Assembly: GCA_964016885.1 (NCBI GenBank) | Contig: OZ024740.1 | Coordinates: 361,832,001-361,896,000, forward strand | Direction of reading: 5' to 3' | DNA length: 64,000 nucleotides | Source: Eledone cirrhosa | Taxonomy: Eukaryota | Notes under the pieces: generated by a model | What the model saw: only the letters and a program-made list of their open reading frames with translations | The model's database searches: none | What the model was told of the DNA's origin: nothing | Part shown: piece by piece, positions 1 through 13,596 of the stretch | Position numbering within the stretch: position 1 is the stretch's first letter | How the letters are laid out: every line of letters begins with the position of its first letter | Position numbers and translations under genes: made by a program

Positions 1-226
1 ACTTTTTAGCCGGTCTTCGTATATATATATATAAATACATACAGCCATCATATATATCTCTGACTGTGTCATTAATACACACATACATACACACACACTC
101 ACACACACATATATACATATATATCATAGTAGTGTATATGAAAGCATATACTGTAAGTTTATGCATAATAAACATATTAGAATCTTTCTATGTTAGTGCC
201 TCTTCTAATATATATATATATATAGA

Positions 227-450
227 AGAAATAAAGAAAAAAAGATGAAATCGAAAATGCAACTGGAGTCTTATTTTTAAGGGTCTGTGGTTTTTCTCAC
301 ATGTGAGAAAAACCACAGACCCTCCATCTCAACTCTACCTTTGAAAAGCAGAAGAACTGCGAAACCGGTAAAGGAACCAAATAAATATATATATTTTTTT
401 AAAAATAAGACTCCAGTTGCATTTTCGATTTCATCTTTTTTTCTTTATAC
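227..450. repeat. Small fold-back element (~50 bp inverted arms) enclosing a hammerhead motif, in (TA)n
   Basis: 227-280 is the reverse complement of ~399-450; hammerhead-like motif at 338-374 lies between the arms. Confidence 0.7.
338..374 (+). ncRNA. Minimal type I hammerhead motif, U3-A8 core variant
   Basis: cct-TTGAAAA-gcag aagaa ctgc-GAAA-ccgg-TA-aagg: perfect 4-bp stem II, palindromic stem III, short and imperfect stem I. Confidence 0.55.
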
Positions 451-491
451 TTTCACTCGTGTTATTTTTCATTTTGTAAAAAAACCCTCAC

Positions 492-530
<39 letters not shown>

Positions 531-1035
531 GAAATGGATGTTAGGTAAAACGGAAATAGAGTGTAAGCAATAGAAAGTAGTTTAAAAAAACAACAAAGAA
601 AGAAAAGAAAGAAAGGATGAGAAGGAAGAAAGGAAAGGTAGAACGAATCCCTAATGATGTGTTGTGTGTAGGTAGTTGCTTAACACCACCTGAAATTCAT
701 TACAGCGACAGGAAGCTGGTTAACCACAAGAATAAGTTGTGAGCTGCCATTGTTGGCAATTCTTGCTGGAGGTGACTCTATTCTACACCAAAAACCAACA
801 CAACATAAGCACCCAACCTGGTGTCTGTTGAATCTCTATACAAGGTGCTCAACCTTTCTAACAGTACATTAACTCAAATATAATATATTTATATATTTTA
901 ATATTTTAAAACTATAGCCATACAAAACTACACATACACACATATATTAATGTATGTATGTATGTATGTATGTATGTATGTATGTATGTATGTATGTATG
1001 TATCTCTCTCTCTCTCTCTCTCTCCCTCCCTCCCC

Positions 1036-1066
<31 letters not shown>

Positions 1067-1069
1067 CCT

Positions 1070-1124
<55 letters not shown>

Positions 1125-1266
1125 CATACATAAATGTAATCTCAGTTTTTTTCGAATATTAATAATAACATTCGATTCGTTTGCAATTATGCAAACAAGC
1201 CTCAATTTATAGCCATGTCAATAGAATGAACCTTTCATTCTTGCTCTTGTGGAAACATTTTTTTTT

Positions 1267-1320
<54 letters not shown>

Positions 1321-1514
1321 AAAGGTCAACAGAAATAACAAAAATAACAAAACAAATGGCACAGCAGATGGAAGAAATATATTAGTTTAACATTTGAAAT
1401 AGCTGGAAGATAGTCTTAACGTTTCGGAAACTAGTCTTTCATTAAAAGATAGAGTAGAAATAGAAGATGAATAGAAAGTAAAGAGTGATAAGAGGACGGA
1501 ACGGAGTAAAAAGA

Positions 1515-1589
<75 letters not shown>

Positions 1590-2235
1590 ATAAGTAGAAT
1601 CCCAATGGTGACTTGATTTTCAAGGGATCTACCTCTTCAATATATCTACTCCCCATCTCATCATGCATTGAGCACTTGCTTGTGTTCTTCCTGGTCCCCG
1701 CACACATACACACGTTCTCTCTCTCTCACTCCCCCCCTCTCTCTCTCTCTATCCCGCTCTCCCCCTCTCTCTCTAAAGATAATCATCATTTGTTCAATTT
1801 ATCGAGAAATAAGTAAATTTAACATGCATACATGATTATATACTCAGTTTGTAAATTTGATCGAACAACTGGAATACTCATCGTCGAAACTGACGGAGGT
1901 CCATACCATTCCATTTCACCGTACATATTTGCAACATAACACTACATTCCATATTCTATATATTAATCATCTCAATATTATTTATTAGGTGATGAATGAT
2001 GGATCCAGCAACATTTCCCTTTTGAAGTCATTTAAATGTATTTTGTTTTCGTCATTCTTAAAAAATGTTAATAAATTTGGCTTTATCTCAGCTGTTCTTT
2101 ATTTTCCTCCCAAAACCCATTTTTTATTTCAAATAAATGGGGTGCTTGAAAAAATACATCATTTTCTGTCTGGGTGAGTGCCAGACTTTAACGAAAACTT
2201 TAAAGGGAATCCTTTCATTGACTGGTCTCTTTAAT

Positions 2236-2349
<114 letters not shown>

Positions 2350-2672
2350 ATTAATCACATAATACATAATACTGAGATGATTATTAACATATATAAAAAA
2401 TAAATATCGACTTGCTAACTAATAAATAAATAACCCCTTAATGTTAACATTTCTGAAATAGAGGGAACTCACAAGATGTTATTGGTTCACGAATATAGAT
2501 ATCTTGTACAAAAACATATAGAACATATATCTCAGTTAATACAATGAAATATTACTTCATATTAGCAATATACAGTTCGACTACAAGCCCAGACACCCGC
2601 GGTTTCTGGTTCTGAAGAATCCTGGTCATTACCACAATTAAATACGATATATATATAGGGTAAAGGTCCTAC

Positions 2673-2945
2673 TTCGGTCACGAATGACCATGAAAGTTCC
2701 CCCTCCGAGGCACAAGTTTTTTGTGGAAGACCAGCAGTCGCCCATGTATACCAGTCTCCCCTCTCCACACCACTGATGTTGTCCTAGGGAAAGACAAAGG
2801 CCGACGCAGCTTGGCACCAGTGACCTCGCAGCTCATTTCTATAGCTGAGTAAACTGGAGCAACGTGAACACAACGGCAAGCTCGATTTGATAATCGAACT
2901 CACAACCTCACGATTGTAAGCCCGACGCTCTAACCACTAAACCAT
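2673..2945 (-). mobile_element. tRNA-derived SINE
   Basis: Minus strand gives a tRNA-like head (tagtggttagagcgtcgggcttacaatcgtgaggttgtgagttcgatt) resembling the plus-strand copy at 18477. Confidence 0.7.
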
Positions 2946-3244
2946 ATCTGAAAAAGTATCGATTAAGAGTCGGGATCCGACCACATGATCAAACCCGAGC
3001 TGATCGATATGGAAACAAATTGTAATATATAATAAAGTTTACAAAAAGCTGCAATTCTTATTGTCACTTTATATACAATCTGCAAACTACAAACCTGGAG
3101 CACAGCCTAACGAGAGACGGACACAGTAACGGCATCGAGTGCTTTGACTAGCGTCGATGCTAGGAACTGCAAGTTACTCATCTAATAACACACACACACA
3201 CACATATATATTCGAAAATATAATCACCACATTCCAGATAACTA

Positions 3245-3442
3245 TAATAATTGTTTCTACTTTTGGTACAAGGCCAGCAATTACCGAGTGCATTACTGGT
3301 ACTTTATTTTATCGACCTCGTAAGTATGAAAGGCAAAGTTAACCTCGGCGGGATTTGAACTCAGAATGGCAGAAGGGCCGTAACTCTATGCGTCAAAGCA
3401 TGGCGTCAGACCCTCTACCGATACTGCCAATCCACCGCCTGA
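3245..3442 (-). mobile_element. tRNA-derived SINE, second family
   Basis: B-box-like gagttcaaatccc followed by the conserved gcctttcat...gtcgataaaataaagtacc block; relatives at 32490-32665, 40900-41120 and 55375-55495. Confidence 0.7.
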
Positions 3443-3946
3443 TAACTATAATAATAGTTGATAACTATAAATTAATGTTGAATAATTCAGATAAAGCACC
3501 ACTGGAGATATTTCGAGACCCCACTCCCCGCGGCATGTGTCTTTTCTCTCTCCACTATTACTTTATTCAATTTATTCAACAATTATCTATATTTATCAAC
3601 TAGTGTTTGAGTAACTATATTTCAGTTTCTACTTCTACAGCTATTGTTACTTATGTTGTATTGGAGTTCCTAGTTATAACCTGATCTAGTAAACGTCTCA
3701 TTGTAATATTGTGCATTTTGTTTAACGGCAACTCTATTGGAGGACAGTATCGAAATTCTATTAGATACATTTCTGCTATAGAATTAAGTATAGATTCAGG
3801 GTGGTTTGAGAGGTTATTTACATAGAAATGGTAAGGTTTATAAAGTCCAATATTTAGTTCAAACGGACGTAGAAATTAATAAAATGATTTGAAGTGTAAT
3901 CGTTGGTTTTTCACATAAATTAAATTATGTACATAATATATATATA

Positions 3947-4665
3947 CTAGCTGAGGTACCCGGCTTCGGCCGAGAGAACAGTTATAAGAAGACGGATAAA
4001 AGAGAAAACGATTGTATTTGATGTGTTGTCTGGTAGGAGGTGAGACCGTAATGCGCGCGTGTGTGAGTGTGTGTGATAGACATAAAAAAAACAATCATAA
4101 AACTTCCTTATTAGGCTGGGTGAGTAAACTGCCGATTAAATGGTAGCATTGGCCTTGGATTTTAAATGTGAAATAACCATAGTCAGTATGATTTTTTTTT
4201 CAGTTCGAAAGGACGTCATATGAAACGCAGCAATATACCATATACCATTGCTTCTGAAGTGTTGCTTCATTAGTACGGATTGTAAGTAGTATATGAATAA
4301 AAGCTGGAGGGTAGATTAATTTCAAATAGTATCAATTTTTCTTTGTTCTGTAAAATAAAAGACTGTAAAACGACTTTATAAAAGCTAATGCAATATTGTT
4401 AAACCTACAACTCATATACTTTGATCTATAGTTTCAGCCGATGTGAGACGTCACTCTCTGTCTCTCTCTGAATATCTAACACTAAAATTGTATCTCTCTC
4501 TCTGTATAACGAACTATCTGTCTCTTTCTTCCTATCCCTGTGTCTCTCTCTCTCTCTTTAGATGTGTGTGTGTGTCTATGTATTTGTGTGTGTGTGTGTG
4601 TGTGTGTAGTTTTCGTGTGATTCAACCAGCCAGCCAACCAACCAACAAACATCTTTCTTTTATAT

Positions 4666-4683
<18 letters not shown>
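3947..4683 (-). mobile_element. Non-autonomous Helitron
   Basis: Minus strand ends in hairpin ctcggccgaagccggg then tacctcagCTAG|t; the 5' part resembles the other Helitron starts but its TC is lost in (TA)n. Confidence 0.6.
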
Positions 4684-4705
<22 letters not shown>

Positions 4706-4711
4706 CGTGTG

Positions 4712-4783
<72 letters not shown>

Positions 4784-4988
4784 ATAGCATTATTCAGTTT
4801 CCGTTAGAGTAATCAATTAATTTGATTATGTAACAAGACTCACAGGCCGCTTACAGTCGAATTATTTCATTTACTAAATTCTGTGGTAGTTCCACTAAAG
4901 ATGCCGAGTGTAACAATATAAAAATTTACAAAATTATCATTTAAAACATCAAAATCCAGATTGTGATGTTTTAAATAATAATTTTGTG

Positions 4989-5047
<59 letters not shown>

Positions 5048-5150
5048 ATATATATATATATATTATATTTATATATGTATATATATATATATTATATATA
5101 TATATATATATATGAATATATATATATATATATATTCATATATATATATA

Positions 5151-6303
5151 AGCAAAAGGGATATTTAATTTGTTGGTAATTCAACAAATATATATGTTTT
5201 TGTAAAATTTTATGTACAATGTAAAATCAACATCCTTCGTAACTCATATTAGAAATGTAAACAATTAATACGTGTGGTTTATTTCTATAAAATCACCAAT
5301 AATCTAAACTATAATAAAGTACGGTTTATCATTTTTTATCCCATTAGTAAAATAAGTTGGATTACTTTGAATAAATAATGAATGAATATTACATAATTTA
5401 TCTACTAAATTTCGTGGCTGTTGATTAAATATATTTTGTTTATTTAAAGATTCACTTCTTTAAAATTTCTGAAATGTCAACACTTCCGGTTGACCATCGC
5501 TAATTTTCTCCTAATGTAGTTTATATATATCGTCTGTTTTAATGTATCATGGATTACGTTACTGATTAAATAAGGCAGTGTAACGCAGTCTTCGTTCAAT
5601 TTCTGTGTATATTGTCAATTACGATTTTATTTGATGTATCATATCTACATGTATATATATACTTGCGTATAATATCAATATACACACTACACATGCTAGC
5701 AGAAAACCACCCGAGGGTGGTTTTTCTGCTAGTACTTACACAATTATTAATCTATATAAATATTTATATACTTACAACCTGTTGCAATGTAATAAGATAA
5801 AATGTACTTACAACCATAATTCTTCATATAATCTAATTGATTATATATATAATATTATAACACATAATATAGCTAAATAATTTTTTTAATTCTTGAATCA
5901 TATTCCACCATTCCTACACACTGTTAATTCTTTTTAAATTCACGTAAATACAAGCTTTTCTTTCTTTCTCTTTCTTCTTCCTACACATACATATATATAT
6001 CCTAATAATTACTTAAATCTACCTAGCGTCTAAAATAACGTTTTTTTTCAGCCCTATACATCAACCTCATTTGCATACTCATCTTAATAATTTGAAATAT
6101 TTGACTTTTCTTCTCTTTCCCTTCTTTCCTTTTACTATCCAGGAAAATCTTGAACCGTTAAGATCTTCTTCCTGGATATGTCAATATTTATAAAACCAAC
6201 TTTGTATTTTATCTGATGAGAGCATACCAAAGTTTTGGTACCCTTGAAATATATATAATGGAATAAATATGGTTTTATAAATATAGTTTCCATTTATTTA
6301 ATA
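5151..6303 (+). mobile_element. Decayed Penelope-like element remnant with 3' hammerhead
   Basis: Hammerhead at 6205-6265; both ends match the shorter copy at 38275-38510; flanked by microsatellites. Confidence 0.55.
6205..6265 (+). ncRNA. Minimal type I hammerhead ribozyme (family C)
   Basis: tattttat-CTGATGA-stem II-GAAA-tatata-TA-atggaata. Confidence 0.7.
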
Positions 6304-6383
<80 letters not shown>

Positions 6384-6649
6384 GAGGGAGTCTCTTGAAA
6401 AGCTCGGAGCATCATGGATAATGCAACGAATTTCCACAATGTACGAGCGAAATTATCGATAGTCGGGACTGGGAGAATTTTTGGTAACGTTTATCTATTT
6501 TCTTTCTTCAAGCTTACATTTTTGACTTAGCTCCGTTTAATTGACTATTTTTCTAGTTAATTTCTACGGACTAAGAGGAAAGACTAGGAAAATTTATCTG
6601 ACTGTTCCTCATAGAGGAATATCGATAACATTTATCTGTTATTTCTTAC

Positions 6650-6691
<42 letters not shown>

Positions 6692-6774
6692 AATCAAGCA
6701 CTCTATGCACAGGCAGAGTGTATATAATGGAAAAAACGGGGAAGTTTCGTTACATATGAAAAATATTTATTGCA

Positions 6775-6873
6775 CATCGACCTGTTACGCGCGTTTCGCA
6801 GAGGATTGGCTCAAGGTGACCCATAAGAGTTATGGATCCGTCTCCGTATCGATCTGCTCCTCGACTGGTGATG
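6775..6873 (-). ncRNA. Degenerate type I hammerhead with extended stem II
   Basis: Minus strand: catcaccagt-CGAGGA (one core base missing)-gcaga...tctgc-GAAA-cgcgcg-TA-acaggtcgatg. Confidence 0.5.
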
Positions 6874-6959
6874 CGACAAAAGATTTATTTTTGTTGTGGT
6901 ATGACGGCTGAGAAGGTTTATATATATATATATATATACGCGCATGCGCAAAGTAAGCA

Positions 6960-7245
6960 CACAACACACAACACAAAAACAAGATAGTGTAGGACAGAAC
7001 AAAGGAGAGACACAAAATAAAAACCTTGTCACTGAGGAGGTCACAGAATGTATGACGAAAGAGCTTTGTCAATATATAAACAACCGTCCGGTTATCGAAC
7101 CAAACAACCAACCAACCAACCGGAAATGTATAATAAATTGAAGTGAAACCCAACAGATGCGCGTGCTTTTATTGGTAGCATGATCCTCCCAAAGTATAAC
7201 AATATCTGTTTCAACACACGTTTTCAGATAAGAAATCTTGCAAAA
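6960..7245 (+). mobile_element. Short hammerhead-bearing repeat (family B)
   Basis: tgtca-CTGAGGA-ggtcaca..tgac-GAAA-gagc-TT at ~7027-7071; similar to 55290-55620, 57818-58103 and 63492-63980. Confidence 0.6.
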
Positions 7246-8651
7246 TATATATATATGTGTGTGTGTGTGCAGTGGGATCGAACCCGAAATCTAACGTTTT
7301 AATAATTCGGTTATGCTGCTTGTTTTTATTATTATGGATACACAAGTAAAAAAATATATCATGATTGTCATAGATAGAAAAAAATTAAACTATATGTCTT
7401 AAATATATGACTAGAGGATGATGTTTCTCGCTTATCATATGACAGCTGTTCAGTCTGCAATGATATCAGCCATATAAATAGTGGGGCTTCGTTGCTAGGT
7501 CACAACAGAAGGATATAACCAAAATATCTCTCTCCTCTCTTTCTTTCTCTCAGTGTGTGAATGTGTGAGTGAATCTGTGTGTATGTGTTTGGGATTCTGT
7601 GTGAATGTGTGTGTGAATCTGTGTGAATGTGTGTGCATGTGAATGTGTGTGTATGTGTGTGTGTATGTGTGTGTGTGTGTGTGTGTATGTGTGTTACAAA
7701 AGTGAGTCATAGTTTACCAATGTTTATTTAGATTTCTATTTGATTTATCTTGAGGTTTATCGAAATGTCATTCTACAACAAATACTAAATCATCATTTGA
7801 AATATTCCATCTTTTATAGATATGATTTTACTGATGATAGCATTAATTATACATATGTGAAGGACGGGTTCGACCTCGTCGGTTCTAACGATGAGTGTTT
7901 CAGTTGATACGGTCAAAGGAGCAACCTGCTTGTGAAATTAATGATCTAGTAGCTGAGCATTCCAGTCACGTTTGTTTTTACTGTGTTTGTAATTAATCCA
8001 GAATCCTTTAAATACCATACATACCACCCGAAACCGCTCCTTGTACTATGATACAAAACTGCCCTGTTCTTATCTAAATTAAAACAGTCCATTACAATTA
8101 TATATAAGAAACTTTGTTATGTAATATTCCAAACATAAACTTAATTGTGTAGAATTTGAGTATTTTACTAAATTCTCAAAAATCTTTTATCTGTTTCAAA
8201 ATTTAATTGAAACAGATTGCTAGTATATTTCATTGAAAAATATGAAAAACGGGTTAAATCATGACCGAAGCTAAACATTTATACTCTCCGATTGTGTTTT
8301 TATATGTAGCTCGTTTCGTACATTCCTGAAAGCATGATATAGTCGTAGTAATTTAAATCGACAAAATCCTTAGACAATACACTATCAGGCCAAAACTGCG
8401 CCAAAAATAAACGCGTATCTCTTTAGCAATGAGGTTAAAGTGGAGTTGATTTATCTAACATCTATAGCTTAAAAAATGGAAAGAGAATCCGTCAAATTTT
8501 CGTGGTGATAACGTTTCATCCTAATGAAAGGCGTTAGTACAAGAATGACATTGTACCAGGCATAGAATGTGATAATAAAATTCAATAGAATTTGTGTGGA
8601 AATTCTCAAGGAATGCAGAAGAGGACATAGTATTCGTTGTTTTACGTTAAT

Positions 8652-8716
<65 letters not shown>

Positions 8717-8719
8717 AAC

Positions 8720-9885
8720 ATCCTCATCCTCATCCTCATCCTCATCATCATCATCATCATCATCATCATCTTCTTCTTCTTCACGCACATATTCCTGTGA
8801 GGGTCGTGTGGGCAGAGTCCTCAAGTACTCCTTCCAACGGGTCCTGTCAGAAGCAACTGTTTCCAATTGACCCGGCTGGATCCCCAAGCGTGACCAGCCG
8901 AGATCGTGGATTTTTATCCAACCATCTTGCTCGTGGTCTACCTCTAAGTTCAGGGCTGGATGTAATATGAGGCAAAGGGGGAAAAAAGTGCCACGATAAA
9001 ATTCACTCAGTACATCATGTAGATTGTTGGTGCCTCGATACCTAACTAACTGTGTAAAGTGGTTGTGCTGGTGTCACAAAAGCAACGCACCCAGTAAACA
9101 CTCAAAAGCGGTTATGTTAGAAAGGGCATCCAGCCATAGAAACCATGCCAAATATGTAATGTATGAGCAAGATGAGGTTGCTCCGATATGTCTGGTCTCG
9201 GATTGTGACAATCCATCCAACACATGCCAGTGAAGTGAAATTGGGGGATTGCTGTGTATTCTATTTTTTTTTTTTTGTGTATGAGACCTCCCAAACCAGA
9301 AGTGCCTCGCCCCCCCCCCCCCCACCAAGTCCAAATCCGGCCCTGTCTGGGTCTCCTGCCGGTTGGTTTTGTCAGTATTCTGTCCAGCGGTTCTTTCCCT
9401 AGACATTCAAATCACATGTCCACAATATCGGAGCAGTGATCTCTTAACTTGGAGAAGCAGCGGCTCTATCTGGAGAAACTCTGATCTCCGAGCCACGCAA
9501 TCTATCGAAAGACCCTTCGGAGAAATGCCATTTCGCAGCTTGTATTCTTTCAGTCATTACCTAAAATTCATGACCGTAAGTAAGGGATGGCATAAATACC
9601 GAATTGAAGATAGCGAGTTTGGCTTTTACACATATCTGCCTTTTTCTGATGAGCGAATGCTGAAGCTGGTGCATTACTGCACCAGTTCCTGCAGATGTTA
9701 TACTTAATGCAACCTCCCGCCTTCCATCACTTTTGAACACGGTCTCGAGATACTTGAACTTCTCCACCTGCTTCAGTGGGACTCCACTCACATGTAGAGT
9801 GCACTCTGCAGGCTTTCTTGAGAGGGCGAGTGTCTCAGTCTTCGCAATACTGATTTTCATTCCTGCTGTGCAGCAAATCGGTAGC
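8720..9885 (-). mobile_element. 5'-truncated RTE-clade LINE remnant interrupted by a MITE
   Basis: ORF 9561-9887 (KTE...VEKFKYL...LTYGHE), then LRYCGHV, GRRPR|GRPRARWLD and DRTRWK, ending in a (GAA/GAT)n tail: typical RTE C-terminus. Confidence 0.85.
8951..9345. mobile_element. hAT-like MITE
   Basis: TIRs cagggctggat / atccggccctg; degenerate 8-bp TSD tctaagtt / tctgggtc; removing it restores the RTE reading GRRPRGRPR. Confidence 0.7.
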
Positions 9886-10120
9886 AAATATATTTATAAT
9901 GCATATATTCATAATACATGACTCACGTGACAACCACATTGTACTAGATTTGTTTGGGAAATGGTATTTTGATATCATCATCATCATACTCCTCTCTATT
10001 ACCAACAATGTAGACAAGATAGTCAGTAGTGGGAATAACAGCTATCTATAGTTATCTACCTATGATTCTATTTATCTTTGGACAATAAAAACAATAACAA
10101 CTATCTTTCTATCTATCTAT

Positions 10121-11420
<1,300 letters not shown>

Positions 11421-11483
11421 TCAATAGAACTCACAACATTAAGTTCTTGTCTGAATTTGTCATTATCTGTGAACCAATTTTTG

Positions 11484-11544
11484 TATTTTATCTGATGAGA
11501 GCGTACCAAACTTTTGGTGCCCCTGAAATATATATAATAAAATA
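11484..11544 (+). ncRNA. Minimal type I hammerhead ribozyme (family C)
   Basis: tattttat-CTGATGA-gagcgtacc..ggtgcccct-GAAA-tatata-TA-ataaaata; perfect 8-bp stem I. Confidence 0.8.
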
Positions 11545-11788
11545 AATAGCTTCCATTTATTAATATTGATATATATATATATATAATATATATATATGCA
11601 TATATATAGAACTGACTTCTACAGGACTAGAACTGTTTCATTCGTAGTTTTCTTAGGCTTTCATACGAATTAAACCATTCTAGTGTGTGTAGAAGTCATT
11701 TCGATATAAAATAAATATGCTTATACTTTACTAATGTATTGAGTACCTATTATAACTGGTGATATCTCACGATACCCACCGGGAATCC

Positions 11789-11874
<86 letters not shown>

Positions 11875-12084
11875 TTGTGTGTATGTGTGTGCGTGCGTGC
11901 TTGTAATGAACATTCCAGTTTGTATTCTCGGTTAGAAAACGAAGAAAATACGGTGGAACTGTTGGCTTTTTCAGCTATCAGTTGTAATCTAAGGTGAAAA
12001 GAACTCCTTGTTATCAATGAACCAGTCATTTCCAGGCGTGACGCACAGACACACACACATAACAAATATGCCGATGAGTAACGT

Positions 12085-12474
12085 ACGTTGGATCTCCGTC
12101 GATTCGACGACGAGTGTTCCAGTTGTTCGAAAAAAAGAAAAGCTTACTCGTTAACATAAAGTTAAATGGCCGAGCATTCCGTCGACATGTGTACCTTCAT
12201 GTAGTTCTCGGGGAAAGTCAGAATGGCAGTGGACATTCCACAGACACGTGCACCCTTCACCTAGTTCTCAGTGAGATTCAGCTTGACATAGTGTTTGGCA
12301 AATCTGGTCCTTTGAATTATGGGCACAAATCATTTTTACTCGCTCAGTGAACTGGAATAATGCGAAATAAAGCATTTTCTCAAGGACAGAACGAGCCGCC
12401 CGGCCCGGAAATTGAACTCACGATCATCCGACCATGAGTTGAAGACTTTAACCATTAATCCACGCACTTCCACG
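12085..12474 (-). mobile_element. tRNA-derived SINE
   Basis: tRNA-like head on the minus strand near 12400-12474; the body recurs at ~41590-41862 and in many fragments. Confidence 0.6.
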
Positions 12475-13321
12475 GGTACAGTATATACTAAGTCGAATGT
12501 TTTAGATTAGGTTTTTAGGTCAACTATTACATGTATATTATTTTTGAGGGACTGAAAGTCACACTACTATCCGAAATACTATATCAATAGAAGTTCAAAT
12601 TATTTCTAGATGAATAAAAGTAAAACAATGAACTAGTGGTTTTTAATGTATGCACAAGATCAACAATTTTGGTGTATGTGATAAGTCTTTTATAACGATA
12701 TCAGTGCTAAACTGGTGCTTTAGAGGGACAACTAAGTTTATCTCGGCAGGATTTCAACTCAGTTTGTAAAGGGCTATAACTCAATGTCAAAAAGCATTTT
12801 TCCGATTCGATAACAATTCTGCTAATCTACCTACCCTCTTTGAATCATAGAAAAGTAATGGAATGGGCTTCCATCGGCTTTAACGATGAGTGTGCCAGTT
12901 GTTCGATCAACTGCTAAGTCAATTAACGCGTATGTGTCTAAGCATTCCCCAGATACGTAATTCTCAGGGAGATTCAGCGTGACACAGCAAGTAACTAGGC
13001 CACCAGTAATTTTGAATTACTGGTAGAGCCCACTTGACGGGTTTCCAAACAGTTTTCGTCTCCCTAATATCACTCAAAAGGCACTAGTTTATCCATAGCT
13101 CCATTTAAGATAGCACACAGTAGGATCAACTCAAGAACTTAATGATTACGAAGCCAACTCCTTAACCATTTGGGCATGCTGAATCCACAACATTTGTGAA
13201 AGAAACTTTATTGAGGAGAGTATCAAATTACTGCTACAACAGTAATAATAGCGATGTTTCTATACATGAAAACACATTTCCTACTAACAAAACACACAAA
13301 TATATTCCCGTAGCTCATATA

Positions 13322-13394
13322 CAGGGTGTCCCCCAAAAATGTATACATACTTCAACAGCATTCTAATCAAAGTATGTATACATTTTTGACACCC
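13322..13394. mobile_element. Tiny Tc1/mariner-type MITE
   Basis: cagggtgtcccccaaaaatgtatac ... gtatacatttttgacaccc inverted ends; longer relative at 28704-28804. Confidence 0.6.
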
Positions 13395-13397
13395 ACA

Positions 13398-13504
<107 letters not shown>

Positions 13505-13596
13505 TTTGAGAATATGTTGGTTGTATACCAACACCTCAGTATGCAGGCTGGAGCACTCGACGAAGTGCGCAGGTTGGTTTGGTTACTCCGGAGTAA

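Noticed and set aside
1412-1450. Hammerhead-like relics here (-) and at 31115-31155 and 31590-31635
   Set aside because: Core substitutions (TTAATGA, CTAATGA/GATA, GTGATGA) and mostly weak stems.
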